This document shows, piece by piece, positions 39,250 to 47,949 of a stretch of 64,000 nt of DNA. Position 1 is the first letter of the stretch. Every line of letters begins with the position of its first letter. Origin of the DNA: an uncultured virus (IMG/VR IMGVR_UViG_3300049629_000752) (taxonomy: Duplodnaviria; Heunggongvirae; Uroviricota; Caudoviricetes); the IMG/VR virus record IMGVR_UViG_3300049629_000752; one strand, 5' to 3'. The translations under genes were made by a program, and so were the position numbers. The notes beneath the pieces are model-generated. The model saw nothing but the letters and a program-made list of their open reading frames with translations. It ran no database searches and was not told the origin of the DNA.

Positions 39250-39514
39250 ATGGTGTGATCATAACTTTGAGTCAGCAGTATCTTATCAAATATATTGCTC
39301 TGAAGAATGTAGAGAGGCTGCTACAAAAGAAAAGATAGCACAAAGATACGTTCAAACTAGAAGACAAAAAAGAAAAGGTAAAAATAGAACATGCAAGGAG
39401 TGTGGAGATAAATTGTCAATATATAATGATGAGCCACTATGTACAAAGTGTTCTATTAACCCAAATGACGTAAAAAAGGTAATAAAACAAATCAAAGGAT
39501 TATCAAATGGCTAG
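39236..39514 (+). CDS. Cysteine-rich zinc-finger protein
   Basis: CKWC, YCSEEC, CKEC, CTKC. Confidence 0.7.
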   Translation: MKNCKWCDHNFESAVSYQIYCSEECREAATKEKIAQRYVQTRRQKRKGKNRTCKECGDKLSIYNDEPLCTKCSINPNDVKKVIKQIKGLSNG

Positions 39515-40121
39515 GGCATCAGATACTGATAGATATCCTAATTCAGACTTATCAAAAACACCTGGGGTTATTTGTGCAATAGATGCAAGCACAAACAGCC
39601 TTGCTTTTTCTATCTATTCATATAAAAAGTTAGACAGGTTTGGTAAGATAACTTTTGAAGGAAATGATATATATCAAAAGGTTATTGATGCATGTAAAAA
39701 ATCTAAGGCCCTATTTGATCATTTTAATTTGGTAGAAGCAGTTGTCATAGAGCATACAGTTTTTATGAATAGCCCAAAAACGGCAGCAGACTTAGCCCTA
39801 GTTCAGGGTGCCATAATAGGTGGTGCTGGTGCAGCAGGAGTTACTCATATTGGTAAGGTATCTCCGATAACTTGGCAAAACTATATAGGCAATAAAAGAC
39901 TTACAAAGGAAGAGCAGATTAAAATAAGATCTTTAAATCCAGGAAAATCTGATTCTTGGTATAAATCTTATGAAAGAGAATTTAGAAAGCAAAGAACTAT
40001 AAAACTTTTAAGTGTTATTTATGATAAAGAAATATCAGATAATGATGTTGCAGACGCATGTGGAATAGGTCATTGGTCCATAAATAACTGGCATAAGGCT
40101 ATCGGTGTTGACAAGGAGTAG
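39507..40121 (+). CDS. RuvC-like (RNase H fold) resolvase
   Basis: CAIDAST, VVIEH, LALVQGAI, P.TW, DNDVADACGIG. Confidence 0.75.
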   Translation: MARASDTDRYPNSDLSKTPGVICAIDASTNSLAFSIYSYKKLDRFGKITFEGNDIYQKVIDACKKSKALFDHFNLVEAVVIEHTVFMNSPKTAADLALVQGAIIGGAGAAGVTHIGKVSPITWQNYIGNKRLTKEEQIKIRSLNPGKSDSWYKSYEREFRKQRTIKLLSVIYDKEISDNDVADACGIGHWSINNWHKAIGVDKE

Positions 40122-40123
40122 GT

Positions 40124-40279
40124 ATGAGTGCTAAACTATATTCAAATGAACTGTGGCTTAAGAAAAGATATCATTTTGATAAAAAAACACCAGAGGACAT
40201 AGCGAAGGAGTGCGGAGTAACAGTGGAAACTATTTACGTTTACCTTGCTAAATTTGGATTAAGGAAGTCAAAGAGATGA
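40124..40279 (+). CDS. Small HTH DNA-binding protein (51 aa, not in ORF track)
   Basis: Manual translation MSAKLYSNELWLKKRYHFDKKTPEDIAKECGVTVETIYVYLAKFGLRKSKR; SD AAGGAG; ATGA overlap with next gene. Confidence 0.75.
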   Translation: MSAKLYSNELWLKKRYHFDKKTPEDIAKECGVTVETIYVYLAKFGLRKSKR

Positions 40280-40611
40280 GTTTAGAACCAGTTTTTGCAG
40301 ATTCACAAAGATTTAAATGTGATGATTTATACTTGCTTACAGTAGGAACAGAAGCAGGTAAAGATATTTTAGAAACCTGCCATGAGATTGCACATATGCT
40401 AGTTAAAAAGAATATTGCATACGGAAATTCAGCACTTGAGCCTGTACGTATATTTTCAAAGGCTGGGCCAAGAGAACAACTTCATGTCCGTATTGACGAT
40501 AAATTAAATAGACTTATGAAGGGTACAGATTATCCAGGAGACAATGATATAGATGATCTTATTGGATATCTAGTGCTATTAAAGATTGCAAAGGGTAAAG
40601 ATGTCAACTGA
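40276..40611 (+). CDS. DUF1599/nucleotide-modification-associated all-alpha NTP pyrophosphohydrolase-like protein
   Basis: KKNIAYGNS...RIDDKLNRL...DLIGYLVL. Confidence 0.7.
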   Translation: MSLEPVFADSQRFKCDDLYLLTVGTEAGKDILETCHEIAHMLVKKNIAYGNSALEPVRIFSKAGPREQLHVRIDDKLNRLMKGTDYPGDNDIDDLIGYLVLLKIAKGKDVN

Positions 40612-41134
40612 AGAAGATTTAGTCAAGCATTTAGATGAAATCAATAATGTTGTTGCAGAATATCTAAAAGGCAATGATGCTACAAAGATATCAAAAGATC
40701 TTGCCATGCCTAGAAACAGAGTTGTTCAATATATAAATGAGTGGAAGGTTATGGCATCTGCCAATGACGCTATCCGTGGTCGTGCAAAAGAGGCTTTAGC
40801 AATTGCAGATACTCATTATGATAATTTAAAATTATTAGCACATGAAGTTATATCTGAAGCAACACTAAGCAATAACTTGGGTGCAAAAACTCAGGCTATT
40901 AAACTTGTCATGGATATTGAGGCAAAAAGAATTGACATGTTGCAAAAAGCAGGACTGCTAGAAAATAAAGAATTAGCCGAAGAAATGATTCAGATAGAAC
41001 GTAGACAAGAAGTTTTAATGTCAATACTTCGTGATATAGCATCAGAGTATCCAGAAGTAAGAGATGAAATTATGCGTAGGCTATCTGACATTGCAAAAAA
41101 GGATGAAGTGATTACAATTGTCCATGATGTTTGA
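40601..41134 (+). CDS. Putative terminase small subunit
   Basis: N-terminal HTH-like segment plus helical oligomerisation region; overlaps terL start. Confidence 0.55.
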   Translation: MSTEEDLVKHLDEINNVVAEYLKGNDATKISKDLAMPRNRVVQYINEWKVMASANDAIRGRAKEALAIADTHYDNLKLLAHEVISEATLSNNLGAKTQAIKLVMDIEAKRIDMLQKAGLLENKELAEEMIQIERRQEVLMSILRDIASEYPEVRDEIMRRLSDIAKKDEVITIVHDV

Positions 41135-42905
41135 TGATTTTCTTGAAGCATTAAAAGATAATTATTTTGAAGAGCAACCTGTTGATGTAAAGACATTTGT
41201 GGAGTCTCCAGAATACTTAGGCCAGCCACCACTATCTGATACACAGTATGACGTTGTTCAAGCAATGAGTCAGATCTATCGTAAAGAAGATTTACAGGAA
41301 ATAATGGGTGAAGAAGAAGGTGCTAAGTATTATGAAAAATATACTAAAAATGAAATTATCCTACAGTTGGGAAAGGGTAGCGGAAAAGACTTTACATCTA
41401 CTGTGGCTTGCGCCTATATCGTATATAAGTTATTATGTCTTAAAGACCCAGCAAGATACTTCGGAAAACCAAGCGGAGACGCAATAGATCTGATCAATGT
41501 TGCTATTAACGCACAACAGGCAAAGAACGTTTTCTTTAAAGGATTTAAAACTAAAATTGAAAAGTCACCATGGTTTTCTGGAAAGTATGAAGCAAAGGTA
41601 GACTCAATAGGTTTTGATAAATCTATAACTGTTTACTCTGGTCACTCTGAACGTGAGTCTCATGAGGGCTTGAACTTGCTACTCGCAGTTCTTGATGAGA
41701 TCTCTGGTTTTGCTTCAGAGGTTATGACAGGAAACGAACAAGGAAAAACAGCAGATAATATTTATAAGGCATTCCGTGGATCTGTAGATTCTCGTTTTCC
41801 AGATTTAGGAAAAGTTGTTTTGCTTTCGTTCCCAAGATATAACGGAGACTTTATTTCAGAAAGATATGATTCTGTAATTGCTGAAAAAGAAGTTATAACA
41901 AAAACACATAGATTTATAATCAATCCATTATTACCAGAAGACCAGGAGGATAACTGGTTTGAAATTTCTTGGGACTATGATGAAATTAAATCATATAAAT
42001 ATCCTGGAGTATTTGCATTAAAAAGAGCAACGTGGGAGGTCAACCCAACAAGAAAAGTAGATGATTTTAAAATTGCTTTTATGACTGACCTAGGTGATGC
42101 AATGATGAGATTTGCCTGTGTTCCTACTTATGCATCAGATGCATTTTTTAAGCAAGCAGAAAAGGTTCGTTCTTGTATGACTATAAGAAATCCTTTAGAT
42201 CAATTTAGAAGATTTGAAAATAACTTTAAGCCAGATCCAGACAAGATTTATTATGTACACGCAGACTTAGCACAAAAACATGACAAGTGTGCAGTTGCTA
42301 TTGCACATGTTGATAAGTGGGTAAATGTTCAAGTAATAAAAAATTATGAAGAAATCTCACCAGTAGTAATTGTTGATGCAGTAGCATGGTGGGAGCCAAA
42401 AGTTGAAGGCCCAGTTAATCTTTCTGAGGTTAAGCAGTGGATTCAAAATCTCAGAAGGCTTGGTTTTAATATAGGAATGGTTACATTCGATAGATGGCAA
42501 TCATTTGATATTCAAAATGAGTTAAAGGCTGTAGGTATGAGAACAGATACGGTCTCTGTTTCAAAAAAACAATATGAGGATATGGCAATGCTTGTATACG
42601 AAGAGCGACTTGCAATGCCGACGATAGAACTTTTGTTTGAAGAATTGACAGAATTAAAAATAACAAAGAATGGAAAAAATGTAGACCACCCAAGAAAATC
42701 ATCTAAAGACTTGGCAGACGCCGTATGTGGTGCTATTTTTGGTGCCATATCTTATACCCCAAGAGATTTAAACCTTGAAGTTGACATTCATACTTTTAAA
42801 GATAAGCCTCGTAAAGTTGACACGCTCCCAGAGAACGTGATACAATATAAATCTAGTCAAATAGAAGACATAAAAGACTATTTGGATAGACTAAAAACAA
42901 TATAA
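41118..42905 (+). CDS. terL: Terminase large subunit
   Basis: LGKGSGKD Walker A, AVLDE Walker B, YVHADLA nuclease, TFDRW, DHP...SKDLADA. Confidence 0.92.
   Translation: MSMMFDDFLEALKDNYFEEQPVDVKTFVESPEYLGQPPLSDTQYDVVQAMSQIYRKEDLQEIMGEEEGAKYYEKYTKNEIILQLGKGSGKDFTSTVACAYIVYKLLCLKDPARYFGKPSGDAIDLINVAINAQQAKNVFFKGFKTKIEKSPWFSGKYEAKVDSIGFDKSITVYSGHSERESHEGLNLLLAVLDEISGFASEVMTGNEQGKTADNIYKAFRGSVDSRFPDLGKVVLLSFPRYNGDFISERYDSVIAEKEVITKTHRFIINPLLPEDQEDNWFEISWDYDEIKSYKYPGVFALKRATWEVNPTRKVDDFKIAFMTDLGDAMMRFACVPTYASDAFFKQAEKVRSCMTIRNPLDQFRRFENNFKPDPDKIYYVHADLAQKHDKCAVAIAHVDKWVNVQVIKNYEEISPVVIVDAVAWWEPKVEGPVNLSEVKQWIQNLRRLGFNIGMVTFDRWQSFDIQNELKAVGMRTDTVSVSKKQYEDMAMLVYEERLAMPTIELLFEELTELKITKNGKNVDHPRKSSKDLADAVCGAIFGAISYTPRDLNLEVDIHTFKDKPRKVDTLPENVIQYKSSQIEDIKDYLDRLKTI
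42817..42846 (+). promoter_or_regulatory. Promoter embedded in the 3' end of terL
   Basis: TTGACA (42817-42822) N18 TACAAT (42841-42846) with TGn extension. Confidence 0.65.
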
Positions 42906-42931
42906 ATCAAATGAATAATAAAAGGAGAAAA

Positions 42932-44080
42932 ATGAATTCATTTAAGAAGATCGCTCTTGCCGTGGTTGCAGCCATGACATTGGGCACACTAGTAGTGACA
43001 CCTGCAAGTGCCAATACCGTTTCAGTAGACGTAACAACTGAAGTATCTGGTTCTGGTACAGCAGCATCACCATTCACAGTTAAGGTTCCTTCTGACAACG
43101 TAGTAAGCGTTGCAGATACCACAACTGCAACAAACAACGAAGCACTTCTTATCACCGCTACAGTAGTTGCTGGAACACCAGTCACATTTACTGCAGTTGG
43201 TGCTAACACACGCCTCGTATCTGCAATTGGTTCAACAGTCAATGCATCTGCTGGATCCTCATCAATCACAGTCACACCTGCTTCAACAACAGCGACTGTA
43301 TATGCATATACAACAAGTACTGCTGCATCTGCGGTTACAGTTTCTGTAGTCGGTGCAAGCACAACAATTTATCTTAAGGGTGTTGCAGGTCCTGCATATG
43401 ACCTTAAGATGTCAATCCCTGCTTCAGGAAATATTTCTGGCAAGGTAACTGCAACTCTTGATGTAGCAGATATTTTCGGCAACGCTGTTGCTGATACAGT
43501 AACTGTTACTACTCTTGGTGGCGCAACTGCTGGAACAGTAACTGCTGATGCTCTTGTAACAGGTCGTTACACATCAGAGATCTCACTTCCTGCAACTGCT
43601 GGAACTGTTGCTGTTGGAGCATCTATTGCTGCACCAACCTCTGTTCCAACAATTAAGTTGGCAACAACTTCTCAGACTGCAATCGTAACAGTTTCTGATC
43701 TTGCTGGAGCACTTGCTGCTGCTAACGCTGCACTTGCTGCTGAAAAGGCTGGTCGTGCTGCTGATAAGGTAACTGCAGATGCTGCTCTTGCTGCTGCTGT
43801 AGCAAAGGCTGCTTCTGATGCAGTTGCTGCTAAGGCTGCTGCTGATGCTGCTGCTATTACTGCTGCTGCAGAACTTGCTAAGGCTAAGGCTGATGCCGTA
43901 ACTGCTAAGGTTGCTGCAGACAAGGCTCTTGCTGATGCAACTGCTGCACATGCTACAGAACTTGCAAAGGTTAAGGCAGATAACGCTGCATCAATCGCTG
44001 CAATGAAGAAGGCATTCAATGATCTTGCCAAGAAGTGGAACGCAAAGAATCCAAAGGCAAAGGTTACACTTGTTAAGTAA
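42932..44080 (+). CDS. Secreted Ala/Thr/Val-rich surface protein with C-terminal coiled coil
   Basis: SD AAGGAG; signal peptide MNSFKKIALAVVAAMTLGTLVVTPASA; beta-rich core; poly-Ala heptads; strong GCT/GCA/AAG codon bias. Confidence 0.8.
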   Translation: MNSFKKIALAVVAAMTLGTLVVTPASANTVSVDVTTEVSGSGTAASPFTVKVPSDNVVSVADTTTATNNEALLITATVVAGTPVTFTAVGANTRLVSAIGSTVNASAGSSSITVTPASTTATVYAYTTSTAASAVTVSVVGASTTIYLKGVAGPAYDLKMSIPASGNISGKVTATLDVADIFGNAVADTVTVTTLGGATAGTVTADALVTGRYTSEISLPATAGTVAVGASIAAPTSVPTIKLATTSQTAIVTVSDLAGALAAANAALAAEKAGRAADKVTADAALAAAVAKAASDAVAAKAAADAAAITAAAELAKAKADAVTAKVAADKALADATAAHATELAKVKADNAASIAAMKKAFNDLAKKWNAKNPKAKVTLVK

Positions 44081-44099
44081 TTAACAAATTAAAAGATTT

Positions 44100-44131
44100 G
44101 GGAGTCAGGAAACTGGCTCCCTTTTCTTTTT
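44100..44131 (+). terminator. Intrinsic terminator
   Basis: GGGAGTCAG-GAAA-CTGGCTCCC followed by TTTTCTTTTT. Confidence 0.85.
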
Positions 44132-44176
44132 AAATAAAATGTTATAATAGGTTTATTATAACTGGAGGATGAAAGG

Positions 44177-45820
44177 ATAATTAAAAAATTAACAAGAATA
44201 TTTACAGCAACCTTATTGGCTTTCGGATTCAATCTTTTCATTCCAGAAAACGCTAATGCTACTTGTATAAACCACATTCAATCACAAACCATAGCAGCAG
44301 CATACGAAGGCGATGCAGAACCTACAGTCCACCATATGGATACATGTTCTGGAGATGACATAGGCTATCAAATACCAATCGCAACTACCGTGACTTTTGA
44401 CGGGGTACAGTATGAAAACATTTATGCAACAACTAACTCAGTAATTACATTTGGTCAACCTGATCCCACATACTGGGCATATCCTAATACACCATCTATC
44501 TCCCTATATTCAATGGACTGGTTTCCAGGAGTAAGCAATACATCTGGTTTGGATATATATTATTCAGAGGGCGGATTTCAATTAAATCTAAATATGGTCC
44601 CATTTGGTAACTATGGGGCACAACCAAGTACAGTAAATATATTAGTGGCTATTACTAATACTGGTGGTTTAGCGGTGTCCTATAGTTATCAGGGTCCTGA
44701 ATATCCAAATCTTAGAACAGGAGTAAGGTTACATAATGGTGACATTGTCTCTCTTGAGGCATGGGGAGCAACCCAAGTTTCTGCTTCTGAGCCAGTTCCT
44801 GTATTGCAGGCAGAGCCTATTCCAGAGCCTTCCCCTACTCCTACACAGGAACCATCCCCAGAACCCTCCCCAACGCCAACAGAAGCCCCTATAACGCCAG
44901 AAGAACAGCAAGAGCAAGTAGCAGAGGCAGTTCAATTGGCTGGAGAAATATCAGACCTTAATAATCTTATTGCTGCAATAAATGGTGAAGAAATAAATGA
45001 ACCAGAAACAGAGCCTACAACTGAACCAGAGCCAGAGCCAAGTCCTGATTCTACAGAAGATCCAGATTTACCTGAACCTGATGTTGAAGTTGATCCAGAG
45101 ATTATTACTCCAGAGGATCCAAGATTCCCTGATGATGAGCAAACTGAACCAGAAGATCCCACTCCTTCTCCAAGCCCTGATACCACAGATGGTGGCAGCG
45201 AAGAGACTGATCCAACTCCAGAGCCTTCAGAAGAGCCAACATCTCAGCCAGAGGAAACAGATCAAGGTCAAGAGCCTGAACCTGAGCAACCTGTTGAGGA
45301 AGAGCCTATAGTGCCAGCACCAGATAATAATGACACAGACGATAGTAATCCAATTTCAGCAGATGAACTTAATAAGTTAAATAAACTAATTGGACAAAAC
45401 GATGCTAAGTTGGCTGCCGAATTATCAAACATGCTAACTGAATTATCCACAACAGAGGAAGAAGCAGTAGCAGAAAGTCTTGGAATTAAGGCAGAAGAAA
45501 TAGCAATAATTGCAGAAGCAATTAAAGACAATCCAGCAATAGCAGTGGCATTTGTAGAGTTTGCGGGTAGAGCAGAAGAAAACGCAGATGCCCCAATGCC
45601 ATATACATTAGCGGATGCTATTACTGAAGTACAAACAGAAGCATTTTTAGCAGACCCACTTGGGGTATTGACAAATATAGACTTTGAAAAATTATTAAGC
45701 CCAACAGAATGGGGTAAAGATATGACAGATGATCAGAGAGAAAAGGTTCAAGAGGTAGTCATTCCTGTTATTTTGGTAGGAAATATTGTTAGTTCAGTTA
45801 TGTCACTAAGGAGGTTATAA
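44177..45820 (+). CDS. Membrane-anchored surface protein with Pro/Glu/Thr stalk (start uncertain: ATA 44177, ATT 44180 or TTG 44216)
   Basis: Signal-peptide-like N-terminus, globular domain with TFDGVQYENIYATTNSVITFG (nidogen-like), EPSPTPT repeats, C-terminal hydrophobic helix + RRL. Confidence 0.75.
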   Translation: MIKKLTRIFTATLLAFGFNLFIPENANATCINHIQSQTIAAAYEGDAEPTVHHMDTCSGDDIGYQIPIATTVTFDGVQYENIYATTNSVITFGQPDPTYWAYPNTPSISLYSMDWFPGVSNTSGLDIYYSEGGFQLNLNMVPFGNYGAQPSTVNILVAITNTGGLAVSYSYQGPEYPNLRTGVRLHNGDIVSLEAWGATQVSASEPVPVLQAEPIPEPSPTPTQEPSPEPSPTPTEAPITPEEQQEQVAEAVQLAGEISDLNNLIAAINGEEINEPETEPTTEPEPEPSPDSTEDPDLPEPDVEVDPEIITPEDPRFPDDEQTEPEDPTPSPSPDTTDGGSEETDPTPEPSEEPTSQPEETDQGQEPEPEQPVEEEPIVPAPDNNDTDDSNPISADELNKLNKLIGQNDAKLAAELSNMLTELSTTEEEAVAESLGIKAEEIAIIAEAIKDNPAIAVAFVEFAGRAEENADAPMPYTLADAITEVQTEAFLADPLGVLTNIDFEKLLSPTEWGKDMTDDQREKVQEVVIPVILVGNIVSSVMSLRRL

Positions 45821-45821
45821 T

Positions 45822-46031
45822 ATGAACATGATTAATAAGGTAGTTAAAGGACTATTTAAGTGGTTTAAGGCTGCTATTATTGAAAGCATAGCCCAGGTAT
45901 TTACTATCCTTGGTTTCTTTATTGCTTGGCTTACCCTTACAGGTACCGCACAGCAGGTAGTTGGGGTAGCCACATTAATATCAATAGCCCTATGGCTTAT
46001 TACCATTCCGCTTCGTGAAGAAAAAGAATAG
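45822..46031 (+). CDS. Small two-TM membrane protein (holin-like candidate)
   Basis: Two hydrophobic helices and charged tail; start may be ATG 45828. Confidence 0.6.
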   Translation: MNMINKVVKGLFKWFKAAIIESIAQVFTILGFFIAWLTLTGTAQQVVGVATLISIALWLITIPLREEKE

Positions 46032-46043
46032 TATAATAACAAT

Positions 46044-46256
46044 ATGAAGATTCGTCATATTTTATTATCGTGTATACTTATATTAGGCCTTTCTGGCTGC
46101 GGGTATGACGGTCATTATCGCTACCCTTGCCAGGACCCAGCCAACTGGGATAAGGCAGAGTGTAATGTTCCAATATGTGAGACTACTGGAACATGCACAA
46201 GAGATATAATTGGAAAAGATACTTGGAAAGAGTATCAGAAAACGAAAGGTAAGTAA
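46044..46256 (+). CDS. Small Cys-rich lipoprotein
   Basis: Lipobox LSGC after hydrophobic core; four further Cys (RYPCQDP..EC..PIC...GTC). Confidence 0.75.
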   Translation: MKIRHILLSCILILGLSGCGYDGHYRYPCQDPANWDKAECNVPICETTGTCTRDIIGKDTWKEYQKTKGK

Positions 46257-46699
46257 TGTCTAAGCAACGATTAACACCACAGGATCTTGATGCACGACTA
46301 AAGTTTATTCTTGGTTGTACACTTGGAGCAATCCTTCTTTTTACAGCATTAGGAATTTTGTATGCTCTTATATTTGTAACACAGCCTATCGGAGCACAGT
46401 CAGAAAATGACAAGATGTTCTTTAATGTTTTGGGATCAGTTGCAACATTTATTACAGGAACACTTGCTGGTTTATTAATTGGTCAATCAGGTGCTAAAGA
46501 TGTTATGGCAGCACAGGTTGCAAATAAAGAGGTAGATGCTAAAAATACTCAGGCAGATAAAAAGTTAGAATCTGAAATTAGAATGGCTGAAGATAAACTT
46601 GACGCAGAACTTGACGAAGTAAGAGCAAGACTTGCAAAGAAACCAGATGGCGCTATGCCAGAAGAGCAACCAATAGATACTAATTGGGATAAGGAATAA
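46256..46699 (+). CDS. Two-TM membrane protein with coiled-coil tail (holin-like candidate)
   Basis: Two TM helices; directly upstream of endolysin. Confidence 0.6.
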   Translation: MSKQRLTPQDLDARLKFILGCTLGAILLFTALGILYALIFVTQPIGAQSENDKMFFNVLGSVATFITGTLAGLLIGQSGAKDVMAAQVANKEVDAKNTQADKKLESEIRMAEDKLDAELDEVRARLAKKPDGAMPEEQPIDTNWDKE

Positions 46700-46701
46700 T
46701 C

Positions 46702-47295
46702 ATGGCAGAAATGGGAACTGCAGAAAAATTAATTGAGGTAGCCAAGGGCGAAGTTGGAACTATTGAAGGTCCAAAAGATAATGAGACTAAATATGGTAAG
46801 TTTGCTAAGGCCAATTTTCAACCATGGTGTGGCTCATTTGTTATGTGGTGTGCAAATGAGGCAGGCGTAAAAGTTCCTAATACTGTTTATACTCCAAGTG
46901 GCGCAGCAGCATTTAAAAAGGCTGGCGCATGGATTGACGGAGATGTAGCAGATCCAGAGCCAGGGGATATCGCCTATTTTGATTTCCCTTCAGACGGTGT
47001 CGATAGAATTTCTCACGTAGGTATTGTTATTGAAGACAATGAAGATGGTACTGTATGGTGCATTGAAGGTAATACTTCAAGCAATAAAAAGGGCAGCCAG
47101 AGAAATGGTGGAGAGGTTTGTAAACAACTTCGTGCCTATAAGAAAAATAAAAAGAATGTAATGATTTCTATAGTAGGCTTTGGTCGTCCAAAGTTTGGAG
47201 GGGCAGCAGTAAAGAAATCTGATGAGCCTACAAAGCCTAATAAGACTGCTAAAAAGCATAAGACATGTCCAGAATGTGGACAAACTATTAATTAG
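46702..47295 (+). CDS. Endolysin, CHAP-domain amidase/peptidase
   Basis: QPWCGSFVMW, PEPGDIAYFD, SHVGIV, IEGNT, IVGFGRP. Confidence 0.88.
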   Translation: MAEMGTAEKLIEVAKGEVGTIEGPKDNETKYGKFAKANFQPWCGSFVMWCANEAGVKVPNTVYTPSGAAAFKKAGAWIDGDVADPEPGDIAYFDFPSDGVDRISHVGIVIEDNEDGTVWCIEGNTSSNKKGSQRNGGEVCKQLRAYKKNKKNVMISIVGFGRPKFGGAAVKKSDEPTKPNKTAKKHKTCPECGQTIN

Positions 47296-47324
47296 TTGAC
47301 ACTTTTTTATTTCAATGATATACT
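47296..47324 (+). promoter_or_regulatory. SigA-type promoter
   Basis: TTGACA N17 TATACT with TGn extension. Confidence 0.8.
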
Positions 47325-47351
47325 AAATACTAAACACAGAAAGGTACTTTA

Positions 47352-47885
47352 ATGACTTGCATAGCAGTCGTTCGTGATAAGGCAAATAATAAAATCTGGA
47401 TGGCTGGAGATCGTGGCGTTTCAGACGATAACGTTATTAATGTTTGTTCAAGTCCTAAGATATGGAAAAAAGAAGGGTACCTTTTTGGATATGCAGGATC
47501 AATGGATGGAGATAGAATAAAGCATTTGTTTGTTCCTCCAGCATACGAAGGTCGTGGCAGTATTGATAAATTTATGTATAGTAAATTCTTAAAAGCATTA
47601 CGTAAGTTTTATGAAGAATGGTGGGTAGACACTTCACCATCATCAGATTTTGGAATGATAATTTGTGTGCGTGGAAAAATATACGAACATAATGCAGGAG
47701 ATATGTCTTTAACACAATATGAACAAGATTATCTGGCAATGGGTTCTGGCGGAGATATAGCATTAGGATCTTTATATTCAACACAAAAACAAAAAGATGC
47801 AAGGAAAAGGTCTGTGCTTGCAGTAAATGCTGCAATAAATCATTCAATGTCCTGTAAAGGTCCAATTGACATATTGAGTATTTAG
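47352..47885 (+). CDS. Proteasome beta-subunit/HslV-like Ntn hydrolase
   Basis: N-terminal (M)TCIAV, AGD, KI, GYAGS, AMGSGG. Confidence 0.8.
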   Translation: MTCIAVVRDKANNKIWMAGDRGVSDDNVINVCSSPKIWKKEGYLFGYAGSMDGDRIKHLFVPPAYEGRGSIDKFMYSKFLKALRKFYEEWWVDTSPSSDFGMIICVRGKIYEHNAGDMSLTQYEQDYLAMGSGGDIALGSLYSTQKQKDARKRSVLAVNAAINHSMSCKGPIDILSI

Positions 47886-47894
47886 ATGTATACT
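47866..47894 (+). promoter_or_regulatory. SigA-type promoter
   Basis: TTGACA (47866-47871) N17 TATACT (47889-47894). Confidence 0.8.
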
Positions 47895-47949
47895 AAATAT
47901 ATATTAAACAAGTTAAAGGAGTGGGAAGCATAAGGCATCCCATATATAT

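Noticed and set aside
25910..42905. Inteins or introns in helicase, DnaE, RecA or TerL
   Set aside because: Protein lengths are ordinary, and no splice-junction motifs or homing endonuclease inserts were seen
43700..44000. GCT/GCA-rich quasi-repeats
   Set aside because: Explained by the Ala-rich coiled coil; not a DNA-level array
44810..45320. CCAGAG/GAACC-type repeats
   Set aside because: Encode the Pro/Glu stalk; irregular, with no spacer structure
45443..45451. Perfect DnaA box TTATCCACA
   Set aside because: Isolated and inside a coding region; compatible with chance
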